Shown here piece after piece: positions 1 to 10,394 of a DNA stretch of 47,029 bases. The stretch is from an uncultured Myxococcales bacterium. Its GTDB lineage: Bacteria > Desulfobacterota > Binatia > UBA1149 > CAITLU01. The notes under the pieces were generated by a model. It worked only from the letters and a program-made list of their open reading frames with translations, ran no database searches and was not told the origin of the DNA. Positions within the stretch are counted from its first letter, which is position 1. Every line of letters begins with the position of its first letter. The position numbers and the translations under genes were made by a program. Location of the stretch: contig CAYYVZ010000001.1 of the NCBI GenBank assembly GCA_964475235.1, forward strand, positions 1-47,029, in the 5' to 3' direction.

Positions 1-879
1 GACATCTTCCGCGTGACGGCGGCCGGCGTCGTCAAGCAGATGACCTTCGATCCGAACGGCGGAGCCTGCGACAGCAGCGCGCCGTCGATCAACGACGCCG
101 GCTCCCTCATCGCCTTCGACTCCGACTGCAACCTGACCGGCGAGAACGAAGACCTCGCGATCCAGATCTACACGGTGACGGGCGCGGGCGTGGACGGCGG
201 AACCGTCAAGCAGCGCACGTCCGGCGACGACCAGTCGTGCTCCAGCCTGAGGGCGTCGATCGACGCCGAAGGCACGATCCTGGCCTACCACAGCGACTGC
301 AATCCGGTCGGCGAGAATGACGACAGCAGCGAAGAGATTTTCACGGTCACGATCTCGCCGTCTCCGGTCGTCGAACAGGTGAGCAACGGCGACGACGACC
401 TCTGCGCGAGCGGCGAGGTGCATCTCGCGGCGAGCGGCCTCGCGCTCGCGTTCACGAGCTACTGCGAGCTCGGGAGCGAGAACAGCGACGGCAGCGTCGA
501 AGTCTTCCATGCCGGCGTCGGCTTTTCGTCGAGCGCGGTCTTCGCGGTGACCGAAGGCTTCGAATGCGCGAGCGTGGCCGGCGGCATCAGCGCGGACGGC
601 ACGCTCGTCAGCTTCGACAGCGACTGCGATCCGCTGGCCGAGAACGCGGACGGCAGCATCGAGGTCTTCCGCGCATCGACGTGTACCTGCGGCGCGCCCT
701 CGACGCGCGGCGAGCCGAAGGCCAGCGACGCGCTCTTCATCCTGCGCGCCGCGGTCGGCAGCAGCGTCTGCGTGCTCTGCAGCTGCGACGTGGACGACAA
801 CGGCCAGATCACTGCAATCGACGCGCTGCGCGACCTCAAGGCCGCGGTCGGCCAGCCGATTCCGCTCAACTGCCCGTAA
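1..879 (+). CDS. Secreted PD40/TolB-like beta-propeller repeat protein, 5'-truncated by the window edge, with a C-terminal dockerin-like double repeat
   Basis: Frame 1 is open from nt 1, and 'DIFRVT' continues the repeat, so the GTG at 13 is not the real start. About 5 repeats of '(F/Y)(D/H/T)S(D/Y)C(N/D/E)-x3-EN-x-D-x-S-x-E(I/V)F' are present. The tail 'ASDALFILRAAVGS..CSCDVDDNGQITAIDALRDLKAAVGQPIPLNCP' carries the D-x-D-x-N-G-x-I-x3-D-A-L calcium-loop/helix signature of dockerins. Confidence 0.6.
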   Translation, partial: DIFRVTAAGVVKQMTFDPNGGACDSSAPSINDAGSLIAFDSDCNLTGENEDLAIQIYTVTGAGVDGGTVKQRTSGDDQSCSSLRASIDAEGTILAYHSDCNPVGENDDSSEEIFTVTISPSPVVEQVSNGDDDLCASGEVHLAASGLALAFTSYCELGSENSDGSVEVFHAGVGFSSSAVFAVTEGFECASVAGGISADGTLVSFDSDCDPLAENADGSIEVFRASTCTCGAPSTRGEPKASDALFILRAAVGSSVCVLCSCDVDDNGQITAIDALRDLKAAVGQPIPLNCP

Positions 880-942
880 ACGGTTGACTCGCTCCGCATG
901 GGGCGTGGTAAGGTCGCCGCCATCCGACCGGGGGTCCTCGGC

Positions 943-2535
943 ATGCGGAACGCCTTCGTTCTCGCGATACTCGTCCTTGCTGCGACCGGCGCATCGCCGG
1001 CACGCGCGGCAAATTCCAAATGCTTCGTCTACTCGGGCGGAGTCGTCAGCGTGCTCCCGACCCTCGGCGGCCTTCGCTGCCAGCCGCGCGATATCAACGA
1101 CGCCGGCCAGGTGGTCGGATGGTCCCAGCTGCTGCCCGGCCAGGGCGACCACGCATTCGTCGCCAACGGTGGCGTGCTCACCGACCTCGGAACTCTCGGA
1201 GGCGACGAAAGCATCGCCGTGAAGATCAACGAGCTGGGCGTGATCGCGGGCGAGTCGCTCAACGCCGACGGACGGCGTCGCGCCTTCCGTTACAGCGGCG
1301 GGACGATGACGGACCTCGGCGTGCTTCCGGGCGACGAGGCGAGCCAGGCTGTCGACATCAACGACGCCGGCCAGATCGTCGGGGTCTCGTATGTCTATCT
1401 CGAGCCCTACCGCAGCTTCCTCTACGACGCGGGCATGATGATCGATCTGGGTTCACTCGGCGGCGGCGACACGCGAGTTGCCGATATCAACGCGAGCGGG
1501 CAGATCACGGGGTCTTCGAAGAACGCCGGCGGAGTCACGCGTGCGTTTCTTTACGAGTCGGGATCGATGACAGATCTCGGGACGCTCGGCGGAAGCCGGA
1601 GCGTCGCCACGGCAATCAACGATGCCGGCCAGGTGGTCGGCTGGTCGGACACGGCCGACGGCGGACAGCACGCGTTCCTCTACGAATCGGGGACGATGAA
1701 CGATCTCGGCGATCTCGATCCCGGACAGAATTACTCGGCGGCCTGGTCCGTCAATGCGAGCGGCCAGGTCGTGGGCCGCTCCGACGTCGGCTTCACGGTT
1801 CACGGCTTTCTTTCCGATTCAGGCCCGATGACCGACCTCGGCATCGGGTTCCCGTTTGCGATCAACGACGCCGGCGTCGTCGCGATCGCCAGGGGGAACG
1901 ACATCGTCCTCTACGACGGCGGCATCACGACCACGATCCCGCTCATCCCCGGCGCTTACGAGAGCCTCGGCTACGGGCTCAACTCCGCCGGCGAGGTCGC
2001 GGGGTACTTCATCGGCGAGTTCTGTCCGGACGAGCCGCTGCCGACCTGCCTCGCCGCCGAACGCTCCTCGCTGCGCATCGACGAGGGAAGCACCGACGCG
2101 AAAGACCTGTTCCAGTGGAAGTGGAGCGAAGGCCCCGCGATCGACGGGAGCGAACTCCACGGCGGCGACACCCTGCTGTGCCTCTACGACACGACGTCCG
2201 GAGCGTACTCGGAGGTCGCGAGATTCCGGCTCGTTTCCTATCTCGGCTGGGACACCCAGGGGAACGGCATGATCTGGGTCGATCGCGACGGAAACGACGA
2301 CGGCGCGCGCAAGCTCCGGCTCAAGTTTGGTGACGACGGCAGGACGTCCGTCGCGTTCACCGCCAAGGGGGAAGCCGTGCCGATGCCGGTGCCGGTCAGT
2401 GGAACCGAGATGCTCGACCAGGATCCGTCGGTGGTGATCCAGCTCTACCAGGACCTCGCGGACATCTGCTGGACGAGCGAGTTCACGATCGCCGGCCGCA
2501 ACGAGCCGGAAGAGTTCAAGGCGAAGGTACCCTGA
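943..2535 (+). CDS. HAF-family extracellular repeat protein with a Cys-containing C-terminal domain
   Basis: Signal peptide 'MRNAFVLAILVLAATGASPARA'. About 8 repeats of 'A-x-(D/A)IN-x-(A/S)GQ(V/I)(V/T)G...(H/R)AF(L/R)Y-x-(S/G)G-x-M-x-DLG-x-LGG', which is the HAF repeat signature. The start could instead be the ATG at 898. Confidence 0.7.
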   Translation: MRNAFVLAILVLAATGASPARAANSKCFVYSGGVVSVLPTLGGLRCQPRDINDAGQVVGWSQLLPGQGDHAFVANGGVLTDLGTLGGDESIAVKINELGVIAGESLNADGRRRAFRYSGGTMTDLGVLPGDEASQAVDINDAGQIVGVSYVYLEPYRSFLYDAGMMIDLGSLGGGDTRVADINASGQITGSSKNAGGVTRAFLYESGSMTDLGTLGGSRSVATAINDAGQVVGWSDTADGGQHAFLYESGTMNDLGDLDPGQNYSAAWSVNASGQVVGRSDVGFTVHGFLSDSGPMTDLGIGFPFAINDAGVVAIARGNDIVLYDGGITTTIPLIPGAYESLGYGLNSAGEVAGYFIGEFCPDEPLPTCLAAERSSLRIDEGSTDAKDLFQWKWSEGPAIDGSELHGGDTLLCLYDTTSGAYSEVARFRLVSYLGWDTQGNGMIWVDRDGNDDGARKLRLKFGDDGRTSVAFTAKGEAVPMPVPVSGTEMLDQDPSVVIQLYQDLADICWTSEFTIAGRNEPEEFKAKVP

Positions 2536-2555
2536 CGGCTTGCGCCCGAGCGGGG

Positions 2556-2638
2556 AAAATCGGGGACGGATCCCTGTCGCCCGGCGACGGGGCCTTTCAC
2601 CAGCCATCGCCGTGCGACAGGGATCCGTCCCCGATTTT
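2556..2638. repeat. Perfect 25-bp inverted repeat with a 33-nt spacer; candidate bidirectional terminator or palindromic repeat element
   Basis: The left arm AAAATCGGGGACGGATCCCTGTCGC (2556-2580) is the exact reverse complement of the right arm (2614-2638). The spacer can add about 9 more base pairs (CGGCGACGG/CCATCGCCG, 1 mismatch). It lies between convergent genes ending at 2535 and 2669. Confidence 0.6.
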
Positions 2639-2668
2639 GTCGGGCATCGGGCGTCTGCGCGTTGACGA

Positions 2669-3868
2669 CTAGGAAGTTCGGAGGGCTTCGACGACGGGCA
2701 TGCGCACGGCGCGGATGGCGGGGAACAGGCCGCCGATCGTTCCGATTGCGAGCGCCCATCCCATTCCTTCGAGCACGAGGCCCGGAGTCACGCGGAACTC
2801 GAAGGCCACCTGCGAGAACGTGTTGAAGTTGAGCGTCGAGAGCGACGCGCCGTTGCAGTAGACGGCGGCCGCGCACGCGCCAATGAGGCCGCCGGCCGAA
2901 GCCAGCACGAGCGACTCGATCATCACCGACACGAGCACCGGCAGCCCGCCAAAACCGATCGCGCGCAGCGTCGCGATCTCGACCTGGCGGCTCGCGACGG
3001 CCGAGTACATGCAGTTGAGCGCGCCGAACGTCGCGCCGACGGCCATGAACGACGCGACGAGGTAGCCGAGCACGTTGATCAGCGTGGCGAGCGTCTCCGA
3101 CTGCTTGGCGTAGTACTCGGGTTCGCGCAGCACCTTGATCGAGAAGCGCGGGTCCGTCGTCACCGTGCCCTGCAGAAGCCGGAACGACGCCGGCGAGTCG
3201 CTGTCGAGCCTGGCCATGAGCGACTGGAAGCCGCCGCGGCGAAACGCCGACATCGACGTCTCGGCGTCGGCCCAGATCTCCGTCTCGTGCACGTCGCCGC
3301 CGCTCGTGAAGATGCCGACGACGTCCCACATGCTGTCGCGCAGCTTGATCTGGCGGCCGACGACGAGCCCTTCGAACTGCGCGGCGGCCTTGCGGCCGAC
3401 GACGACCTCGAGGCGGCCCGGCTCGAAACGGCGACCCTCGACGATCCGGAGCTCGTCGCGGATCTCGAACGACGCGGGCCCGACGCCGCGCAGCGGGACG
3501 TTGTTCGGCGACGTTTCGCCCTTGCGCGGAAGATCGACCATCAGCACGAGCTCGGCCGACGCGAGCGGCCGTCCGTCGGCGGCCTGGTCGATCGACGGCA
3601 TCGCGGAGAGCAGCGCGGCTTCCTCGCGCGTGATGTTGCTCGACATCTCGGCGTCGGAACCGCCGCGCAGCATGATCACGCGGTTCGTGCGCCCGGTGGA
3701 CGCGAGCGTGTGCTCGAAGCCGCGCGACATCGCGAGCATCGCGACCAGCACGCCGACCACGCCCGCGATCCCGACGACGATGACGAGCGAGGTTCCGATC
3801 CGTTCCGGAATCGTCCAGAGGCCGACCACCGTGATCTGCGAGATCTGTCGGAGCAGCCTCGCCATCAT
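2669..3868 (-). CDS. ABC transporter permease, FtsX/MacB type
   Basis: N-terminal TM segment 'VVGLWTIPERIGTSLVIVVGIAGVVGVLVAMLAM', a large extracytoplasmic domain, and a C-terminal 3-TM FtsX-like region. The ATGATG start at 3868 overlaps the upstream stop by 4 nt. The 893-aa ORF in the track is an off-frame upstream extension. Confidence 0.8.
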   Translation of the reverse strand: MMARLLRQISQITVVGLWTIPERIGTSLVIVVGIAGVVGVLVAMLAMSRGFEHTLASTGRTNRVIMLRGGSDAEMSSNITREEAALLSAMPSIDQAADGRPLASAELVLMVDLPRKGETSPNNVPLRGVGPASFEIRDELRIVEGRRFEPGRLEVVVGRKAAAQFEGLVVGRQIKLRDSMWDVVGIFTSGGDVHETEIWADAETSMSAFRRGGFQSLMARLDSDSPASFRLLQGTVTTDPRFSIKVLREPEYYAKQSETLATLINVLGYLVASFMAVGATFGALNCMYSAVASRQVEIATLRAIGFGGLPVLVSVMIESLVLASAGGLIGACAAAVYCNGASLSTLNFNTFSQVAFEFRVTPGLVLEGMGWALAIGTIGGLFPAIRAVRMPVVEALRTS

Positions 3869-5024
3869 CGCCCCGCCAGCGCGTCCACGATCTTCAGCCG
3901 GCGCACGCGCAGCGCCGGCGGCAGCCCGATCACGAGCGCGATCACGACTGCGATCGCGAACGCGTGCATCCACGTCGTGGCCGAAAGGAACAGCGGCGGG
4001 AAGCGCCCGCCCGTGGATCCGTTGAGCCCCGGCATGATCGCCGCCGCCACGCCCACGCCCACCGCGCAGCCGCCGACGATGAGAAGACCGGCCTCGGCGA
4101 GCACGAGAGCGGTGAGGCGCGAGTCCGAAAACCCGAGCGTCTTCAGCACGGCGAGCTCCGGGATCCGTTCGCGCAGCGACTGCGACATCGTGTTGCCCGT
4201 GAGGATGAGGATCGTGAAGAACACCGCCGCGAGAATCCGGCTCACCATCACGCCGATGTCGCCGATCTGTCTCGCGAAACCGAGCGCGAACTCCTTCTCC
4301 GGCTGCGTCCGCGTCTCGTCGGGCGAATTCGCGAACATCCGGTCGATCTCGCGCGCGACCCGGTGCGGATCGGCCGAGTCGTCCACGCGCAGCGTGAACC
4401 AGCCGATCGTTCCCTTGTTGGCCGTGCGCGCTTCGTCGAAGTACGCGCGGTTGATGAGGATCATGTCGGTGTTGCCGAGCACCGCCGGATCGTGCGCATC
4501 GATCGTTCCGACCAGATCGAACTCCCAGTTCATGTCGCCGTTCTCGCGTGCGTAGATCTCCGAGCCGATCGGCAGCTTCTGGCCGACCTTCCAGCCGAAG
4601 CGCTCGACGAGCCGGCGTCCGGCCAGGGCGCCGGTGCGGGTTTCGATCACCGCGCGCCGCTGCTGCGGCGGGACGATGAACTCCGGGAACATGTCGAGAT
4701 AGCTCGCGGGATCGCCCGCAATGACGGGAAACGCATTGCTCTGGTTCTGGTACTTTCCGCCGAACCAGTCGGCGCCCGCGACGCTTTCGACGCCGGGAAG
4801 CTGCTCGATGCGCGCGAGGTAGGACTCCGGCAGCGACTCGATGAGCGAGAAGCGCGCGATGGTGAGCAGCCGCTTCGCATCCGCGCTGCTCGCGCCCGAC
4901 TCGAACGCGAGCTGTACCGCCTGCAGCAGCCCGAACAGCGAGAACGCGATCACGACGGAGAACGTCGTGAGGATCGTTCGCGTCTTGTGGCGCGTGAACG
5001 CGGCCCAGAGCAGCGGCAGCCATT

Positions 5025-5028
<4 letters not shown>
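3865..5028 (-). CDS. ABC transporter permease, FtsX/MacB type (paralog of the downstream permease)
   Basis: 'MKWLPLLWAAFTRHKTRTILTTFSVVIAFSLFGLL' (TM1), then a periplasmic domain and an FtsX-like C-terminus. ATGA overlap with the ATPase gene stop at 5025. Confidence 0.8.
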
Positions 5029-5807
<779 letters not shown>

Positions 5808-5811
5808 GGCG

Positions 5812-7050
5812 TCACTCCGCGGTGCCGGTGCGAACGCGCGCACCGTCTTCGAGCGACGACGGCGGCGCCAGTACCACGGTCTCGCCGGCGGCAAGCCCGC
5901 TCGTCACCTGGCTCTCGGCCTGCGCGACCTCGCCGACGCTCACGGTCCTGCGGCTCACACGGTCGCCGTCGAGCACGTACGCGACGCGCGCATCGCCCTG
6001 CGCGACGACGGCGTCGCTCGGAATCCACACGCCAGTGGAAGACGAGGCCCCGCTGCGCAGGAACGACACGCGCACGCCCATGTCGGGCACGATGCGCGCA
6101 TCCTTCGCCTCGATCGCGACGCGCACCTTGATCGTGGCCTTGCTGCGGTCGGCCGTCGGAATCACGGCGATCACGCGCCCCGGGATCTTCCAGTCGGGGT
6201 AGGCGTTGAGCGTCGCACGCACGGGCTGTCCGGCCGAGACGCGGCCGATGAACGATTCGTTGACGTCGATCTCGAACTCGAGCGAGTCCATGTCCACGAT
6301 GGTCCCGATGCCGGTGCGCGTGAAGCCGCCGCCGGCCGAGATCGGCGAGATCATTTCGCCGGGCTGAGCGGCCTTCGCCACGACGACGCCGGAGAACGGG
6401 GCGCGAATGACCGTGTTGTCGAGCTGGACCTGGGCGACTTCGACGGCTTTCCCGGCGACGTCGATGCGGGTCTCGGCGTTCACGAGGCGGGCGCGCAACG
6501 TGTCGCGCATCGCACCGGAACGCTCGAGCTCCTGGCGCGAGCCGACCTGCTCTCGCGTGAGCGAAGCCTGGCGCGAGTAGTCGCGCTCGGCCTGCGCAAG
6601 GTCGGCGCGCAGCACCTCGAGATCCGAGCGTGCCGTGGTGAGCTGGGCCTCGGCGTGAAGCAGCGCGGCCTTCGCCTCGGTGTCGTCGAGGCGCGCCAGC
6701 ACGGCGCCTTCCTCGACGCGCATGCCTTCCTCGATCAGCACTTCCGTGACCTTGCCGGTGATCTTGGCGGAAACGGTCGCTTCCCTGCGGGCAGTCACGT
6801 AGCCGCTCGCGTCGAGCACCGACGTGTCGGCCGCCATTTCGCTCGCGGCGCGCACGACGGCGGTCTGGACCAGCGGGCGTTCTTCCTCGCTGCCCGTGGC
6901 GATCCATGCAAGTGCAACGACGAAGGCGGCAGCGCCGGCAGCGGGCAGCTTCCAGCTCCGCGTGGCGCCGCCGGCTCCGGCGCGCGAGTCGCGGTCGAGG
7001 CGCAGCCGCTCCACGAGCTGCACTCGTTCCTGATCCCGTGATTCGCTCAT
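5812..7050 (-). CDS. Efflux transporter periplasmic adaptor, HlyD/MacA family
   Basis: ATG at 7050 ('MSESRDQ...'). TM anchor 'AAGAAAFVVALAWIATG', lipoyl-like 'GKVTEVLIEEGMRVEEGAVLARLDD', coiled-coil hairpin, and beta-barrel 'VIRAPFSGVVV'. Confidence 0.8.
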   Translation of the reverse strand: MSESRDQERVQLVERLRLDRDSRAGAGGATRSWKLPAAGAAAFVVALAWIATGSEEERPLVQTAVVRAASEMAADTSVLDASGYVTARREATVSAKITGKVTEVLIEEGMRVEEGAVLARLDDTEAKAALLHAEAQLTTARSDLEVLRADLAQAERDYSRQASLTREQVGSRQELERSGAMRDTLRARLVNAETRIDVAGKAVEVAQVQLDNTVIRAPFSGVVVAKAAQPGEMISPISAGGGFTRTGIGTIVDMDSLEFEIDVNESFIGRVSAGQPVRATLNAYPDWKIPGRVIAVIPTADRSKATIKVRVAIEAKDARIVPDMGVRVSFLRSGASSSTGVWIPSDAVVAQGDARVAYVLDGDRVSRRTVSVGEVAQAESQVTSGLAAGETVVLAPPSSLEDGARVRTGTAE

Positions 7051-7108
7051 CGCTCGCGCCGGTCGCCCAGATTGAAGCGGACCGATGCACGACGCCAATC
7101 GCACGCGT

Positions 7109-7128
7109 GAAAACGGGGACGGATCCGT
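7109..7128. repeat. Degenerate copy of the GAAAA(T)CGGGGACGGATCC intergenic repeat
   Basis: GAAAACGGGGACGGATCCGT at 7109-7128 matches the arm of the 2556-2638 palindrome with one indel. An imperfect partner (AACGGAACCGCCCC) lies at about 7149-7162. The site is in the divergent intergenic region between the HlyD gene and pgpA. Confidence 0.5.
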
Positions 7129-7244
7129 TCTTGTGATCGACGGCGGGAAACGGAACCGCCCCCCCATTCCCCGCCGTCGTCGTGTGCTCAGAGTCGTTGC
7201 CACCCTGAACCCGTGCGCGTAGGTTCCGCCGCCGGAGCGCCGTC

Positions 7245-7733
7245 GTGACCAACCAGGCAGAGCAGGCGAGCGCGGCGCCGCCCGTGCTCGCGACCATCCT
7301 CGCGACCGGCTTCGGCTCCGGGTACTCGCCATTCGCTCCCGGTACGGCCGGAACGATCGTCGCCATTCCGATCGCGATGCTGATGCCCGGCGGCTTCTTC
7401 GCGCAGGCGCTCTTCCTCGCCGTCGTGATCAAGCTGGCCGTCTGGTCGGCCGACGCAGCCGCGCCGGCCTTCGGCCTGAAGGACCCCGGCCAGATCGTCG
7501 TGGACGAGATCGCGGGCTATCTGCTCGCCGTCGCCATGCTCCCGGCCGGCTGGCCGCTCTGGGTGGCGGGTTTCGTGGCCTTCCGGCTCTTCGACATCCT
7601 GAAGCCGCCCCCGTGCCGCCGGCTCGAGGCCCTGCCGGGTGGCATCGGGATCGTGGCGGACGACCTCATGGCCGGCCTCTACGCCAATCTTTCCCTGAGA
7701 ATCCTGTGCGCTACGGGAATTCTTTCGCTTTAG
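7245..7733 (+). CDS. pgpA: Phosphatidylglycerophosphatase A
   Basis: 'LATGFGSGYSPFAPGTAGT', 'VVDEIAGYLLAV', 'FRLFDILKP..GGIGIVADDLMAGLYANL' are typical PgpA motifs. GTG start. Confidence 0.8.
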   Translation: MTNQAEQASAAPPVLATILATGFGSGYSPFAPGTAGTIVAIPIAMLMPGGFFAQALFLAVVIKLAVWSADAAAPAFGLKDPGQIVVDEIAGYLLAVAMLPAGWPLWVAGFVAFRLFDILKPPPCRRLEALPGGIGIVADDLMAGLYANLSLRILCATGILSL

Positions 7734-7787
7734 TTTCGTGCCGGGCTCGCAATCGGGAACGCAGTAGCGTAAAAAAGGCGAAACTCA

Positions 7788-9104
7788 ATGTCGGAGCCTA
7801 TCCGGACCGCAGCCATCGTGAGCACTGGGGACGAAATCGTGGGGGGCCGTACCGTGGACACGAATTCTTCGTGGCTGGCGGACAAACTCGCCAGCCTCGG
7901 GATCGACGTCACCGCCTTCCTTGCGGTCAGCGACGACGTCGATCGCATCGTCTGGGCCTGGCAGAGCGCCATCGACAAGGCCGACCTCGTGATCTCGACC
8001 GGTGGCCTCGGCCCGACCAGCGACGATCTCACGACGGAAGCCGTGGCCGCCGTCGCCGGGACCGGGCTCCAGCTCGACAGTGTCCAGGCCGAGCGCATCC
8101 GCGAGTTCTTCCGATCGCGCGGCCGTACGATGTCCGACAACAACCTTCGCCAGGCCATGCTGCCGGTCGGATCCGAAGTCATTCCGAATCCCGTCGGCAC
8201 CGCGCCGGGTTATCGCATCGAAATCCCGCGCCGTGCGGGCGGCAGCTCCGTCGGCATGGTCTTCCCGGGCGTGCCGCGCGAGATGAAGCCGATGTTCGAA
8301 CAGACGGCGCTTCCGTGGATCGCTTCGCGGACCGATCCGGGCCGCGTCGTCGTTGCGCAGGCGTTCTCGACGTTCGGCGCGCCGGAGTCGGCTCTCGACG
8401 AGAAGCTCCGCGGCGTGGTGCCGGCGGACCGCGGGCGTCTGGCGTTCCGCGCATCGTTCCCGAAAATCTCGGTGCGCGTCAGCGTGGCCGGCGCGGAAGC
8501 CGACGCGCGTCGCGAGCTCGCGGCGCTGGCCGCCGAAGTGCGCTCGCGCATTGCCGATTTCGTCTACGCCGACGGCGACGCATCGATGGAGGAAGTCGTC
8601 GGAGGGCTCCTCAAGTCGGAGGGTCTCATGCTCGCGTCGGCCGAGTCCTGCACCGGCGGAATGATCGGCAGCCGCATCACCGATGTCGCCGGAAGCTCGG
8701 CTTATTACAGCGGTGGGATTGTGGCCTACAGCAACGATCTGAAAGAACGTCTCCTCGGAGTCAGCGTGAAGACGCTCGAACGATACGGCGCCGTGAGCGA
8801 GGAGACGGCCAGGGAAATGGCGGCGGGAGCGCTCGCCGCGGGCCGCGCCGACATCGCCGTCGCGACGACCGGTATTGCCGGCCCCGACGGGGGCACGCCG
8901 GAAAAGCCGGTCGGCACGGTCGCGATCGCGCTGGCAAGGAAGGGCCGCGAGCCCGAGTCGCGGCTCTACCGATTCTGGGGCGGCCGCGACTGGGTGAAGA
9001 TCCTGACGACCCAGGTTGCGCTCGACTGGATCCGTCGCAGCCTCGTCGGCCTCGGGCCGCTCGAGCCGGGCACGATCACGCCGGCTCGCGGAGGGGCGAA
9101 GTGA
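7788..9104 (+). CDS. cinA: CinA family protein (MoCF-binding domain plus nicotinamide-nucleotide amidohydrolase PncC domain)
   Basis: N-terminus 'AAIVSTGDEIVGGRTVDTNSSWLADKL', 'VISTGGLGPTSDDLT'. C-terminus 'ESCTGGMIG..ITDVAGSS.YY.GGIVAYSN..K...LGV'. Classic position upstream of recA. Confidence 0.85.
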   Translation: MSEPIRTAAIVSTGDEIVGGRTVDTNSSWLADKLASLGIDVTAFLAVSDDVDRIVWAWQSAIDKADLVISTGGLGPTSDDLTTEAVAAVAGTGLQLDSVQAERIREFFRSRGRTMSDNNLRQAMLPVGSEVIPNPVGTAPGYRIEIPRRAGGSSVGMVFPGVPREMKPMFEQTALPWIASRTDPGRVVVAQAFSTFGAPESALDEKLRGVVPADRGRLAFRASFPKISVRVSVAGAEADARRELAALAAEVRSRIADFVYADGDASMEEVVGGLLKSEGLMLASAESCTGGMIGSRITDVAGSSAYYSGGIVAYSNDLKERLLGVSVKTLERYGAVSEETAREMAAGALAAGRADIAVATTGIAGPDGGTPEKPVGTVAIALARKGREPESRLYRFWGGRDWVKILTTQVALDWIRRSLVGLGPLEPGTITPARGGAK

Positions 9105-9144
9105 CTTCGACTGCAAATGCGTGCGCACGGCGCTGGCCAGAACG

Positions 9145-9172
9145 AGTGAAGAAGTAGAGTGAAGAAGTAGAG
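9145..9172. repeat. Tandem direct repeat, 2.15 copies of the 13-mer AGTGAAGAAGTAG, upstream of recA
   Basis: Positions 9145-9157 and 9158-9170 are identical, followed by AG. This is the most AT-rich stretch of the cinA-recA spacer. It is followed by the 10-bp palindrome GTTCCGGAAC (9177-9186). Confidence 0.7.
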
Positions 9173-9258
9173 CGTAGTTCCGGAACGCGGACCCGGAGAT
9201 GATGGAGCGATCGGCCGCGCGACTGTCCGATCCAAGCCGTCTGAGTGGAGAGAAGAAG

Positions 9259-10341
9259 ATGTCGATGGACGAAAAGAAGAAGGCCCTGGAGCTCGCGGTC
9301 AGCCAGATCGAGAAGCAGTTCGGCAAGGGCTCCCTCATGAAGCTCGGCGCCGACGACGTGGCCCGGGACATCCCTGTGATTCCGACCGGCTCGCTTGGTC
9401 TGGACGTGGCGCTCGGCGTGGGCGGACTGCCCTGCGGGCGCGTGATCGAGATCTACGGACCGGAATCCTCGGGCAAGACCACGCTGGCCCTCGAGGCCAT
9501 CGCGCAGGCCCAGCGCCGCGGCGGCACGGCCGCCTTCATCGACGCCGAGCACGCGCTCGACGTGAACTACGCGCGCAAGCTCGGCGTGCGCACGTCCGAG
9601 CTGCTGATCTCCCAGCCCGACAACGGCGAGCAGGCCCTCGAGATCACCGAGACCCTCGTTCGCAGCGGCGCCGTGGACGTCCTCGTCGTGGACTCCGTCG
9701 CGGCCCTCGTGCCGCGCGCCGAGATCGAGGGCGACATGGGCGAGCCGCAGATGGGACTGCAGGCCCGCCTCATGTCGCAGGCCCTGCGCAAGCTCACGGG
9801 CACGATCTCGCGCTCGAACTGTGTCGTCATCTTCATCAACCAGATCCGTATGAAGATCGGCGTCATGTTCGGCAATCCCGAGACGACGACGGGCGGCAAC
9901 GCGCTCAAGTTCTACGCGACGGTGCGCCTCGACATCCGCCGCATCGCCTCGCTCAAGCAGGGCGAACAGGTGATCGGCAACCGCACGCGCGTGCGCGTGG
10001 TCAAGAACAAGGTCTCGCCGCCGTTCCGCGAGGCCGAGTTCGACATCCTCTACGGCCAGGGCGTCAACAAGCCCGGCGAGCTGCTCGACCTCGGCTCCGA
10101 GATGAACATCGTCGAGAAGAGCGGCGCCTGGTACTCGTACGGCGGCGAGCGTCTCGGCCAGGGCCGCGACAACGCCTGCGAGTTCCTGCGCGAGCACGGC
10201 GACATCGCCAACCAGATCGAGGCCAAGGTGCGCGAGGCCGTGGGTCTTCCGTCCACTGCTCCGGTGCTGAAGATCGTCGACGGCGGTCTCAGCGAAAAGA
10301 ACGACGACGACAAGAAAAAGACCGCCACCGCCAAGAAGTGA
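9259..10341 (+). CDS. recA: Recombinase RecA
   Basis: '[23 protein letters not shown]', Walker A '[12 protein letters not shown]', 'FIDAEHALD', '[30 protein letters not shown]'. ATG at 9259 is preceded by GGAGAGAAG; the track start at 9199 adds 20 non-conserved residues. Confidence 0.97.
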   Translation: MSMDEKKKALELAVSQIEKQFGKGSLMKLGADDVARDIPVIPTGSLGLDVALGVGGLPCGRVIEIYGPESSGKTTLALEAIAQAQRRGGTAAFIDAEHALDVNYARKLGVRTSELLISQPDNGEQALEITETLVRSGAVDVLVVDSVAALVPRAEIEGDMGEPQMGLQARLMSQALRKLTGTISRSNCVVIFINQIRMKIGVMFGNPETTTGGNALKFYATVRLDIRRIASLKQGEQVIGNRTRVRVVKNKVSPPFREAEFDILYGQGVNKPGELLDLGSEMNIVEKSGAWYSYGGERLGQGRDNACEFLREHGDIANQIEAKVREAVGLPSTAPVLKIVDGGLSEKNDDDKKKTATAKK

Positions 10342-10346
10342 GAAAT

Positions 10347-10384
10347 CCGGGACGGATCTGATTTTCCCGTCAGATCCGTCCCGG
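10347..10384 (+). terminator. Stem-loop after recA (15-bp perfect stem, 8-nt loop) followed by a T-rich tract; related to the GGGACGGATC repeat family
   Basis: CCGGGACGGATCTGA (10347-10361), loop TTTTCCCG, then TCAGATCCGTCCCGG (10370-10384), followed by TCCTTTTCCC. It lies between the recA stop and the recX start. Confidence 0.6.
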
Positions 10385-10394
10385 TCCTTTTCCC

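Noticed and set aside
9105-9258. A LexA/SOS box upstream of recA.
   Set aside because: I scanned for CTGT-N8-ACAG, GAAC-N4-GTTC and GTTCAG-type boxes and found no acceptable match. Only the GTTCCGGAAC palindrome was found, and it is reported as a low-confidence observation.
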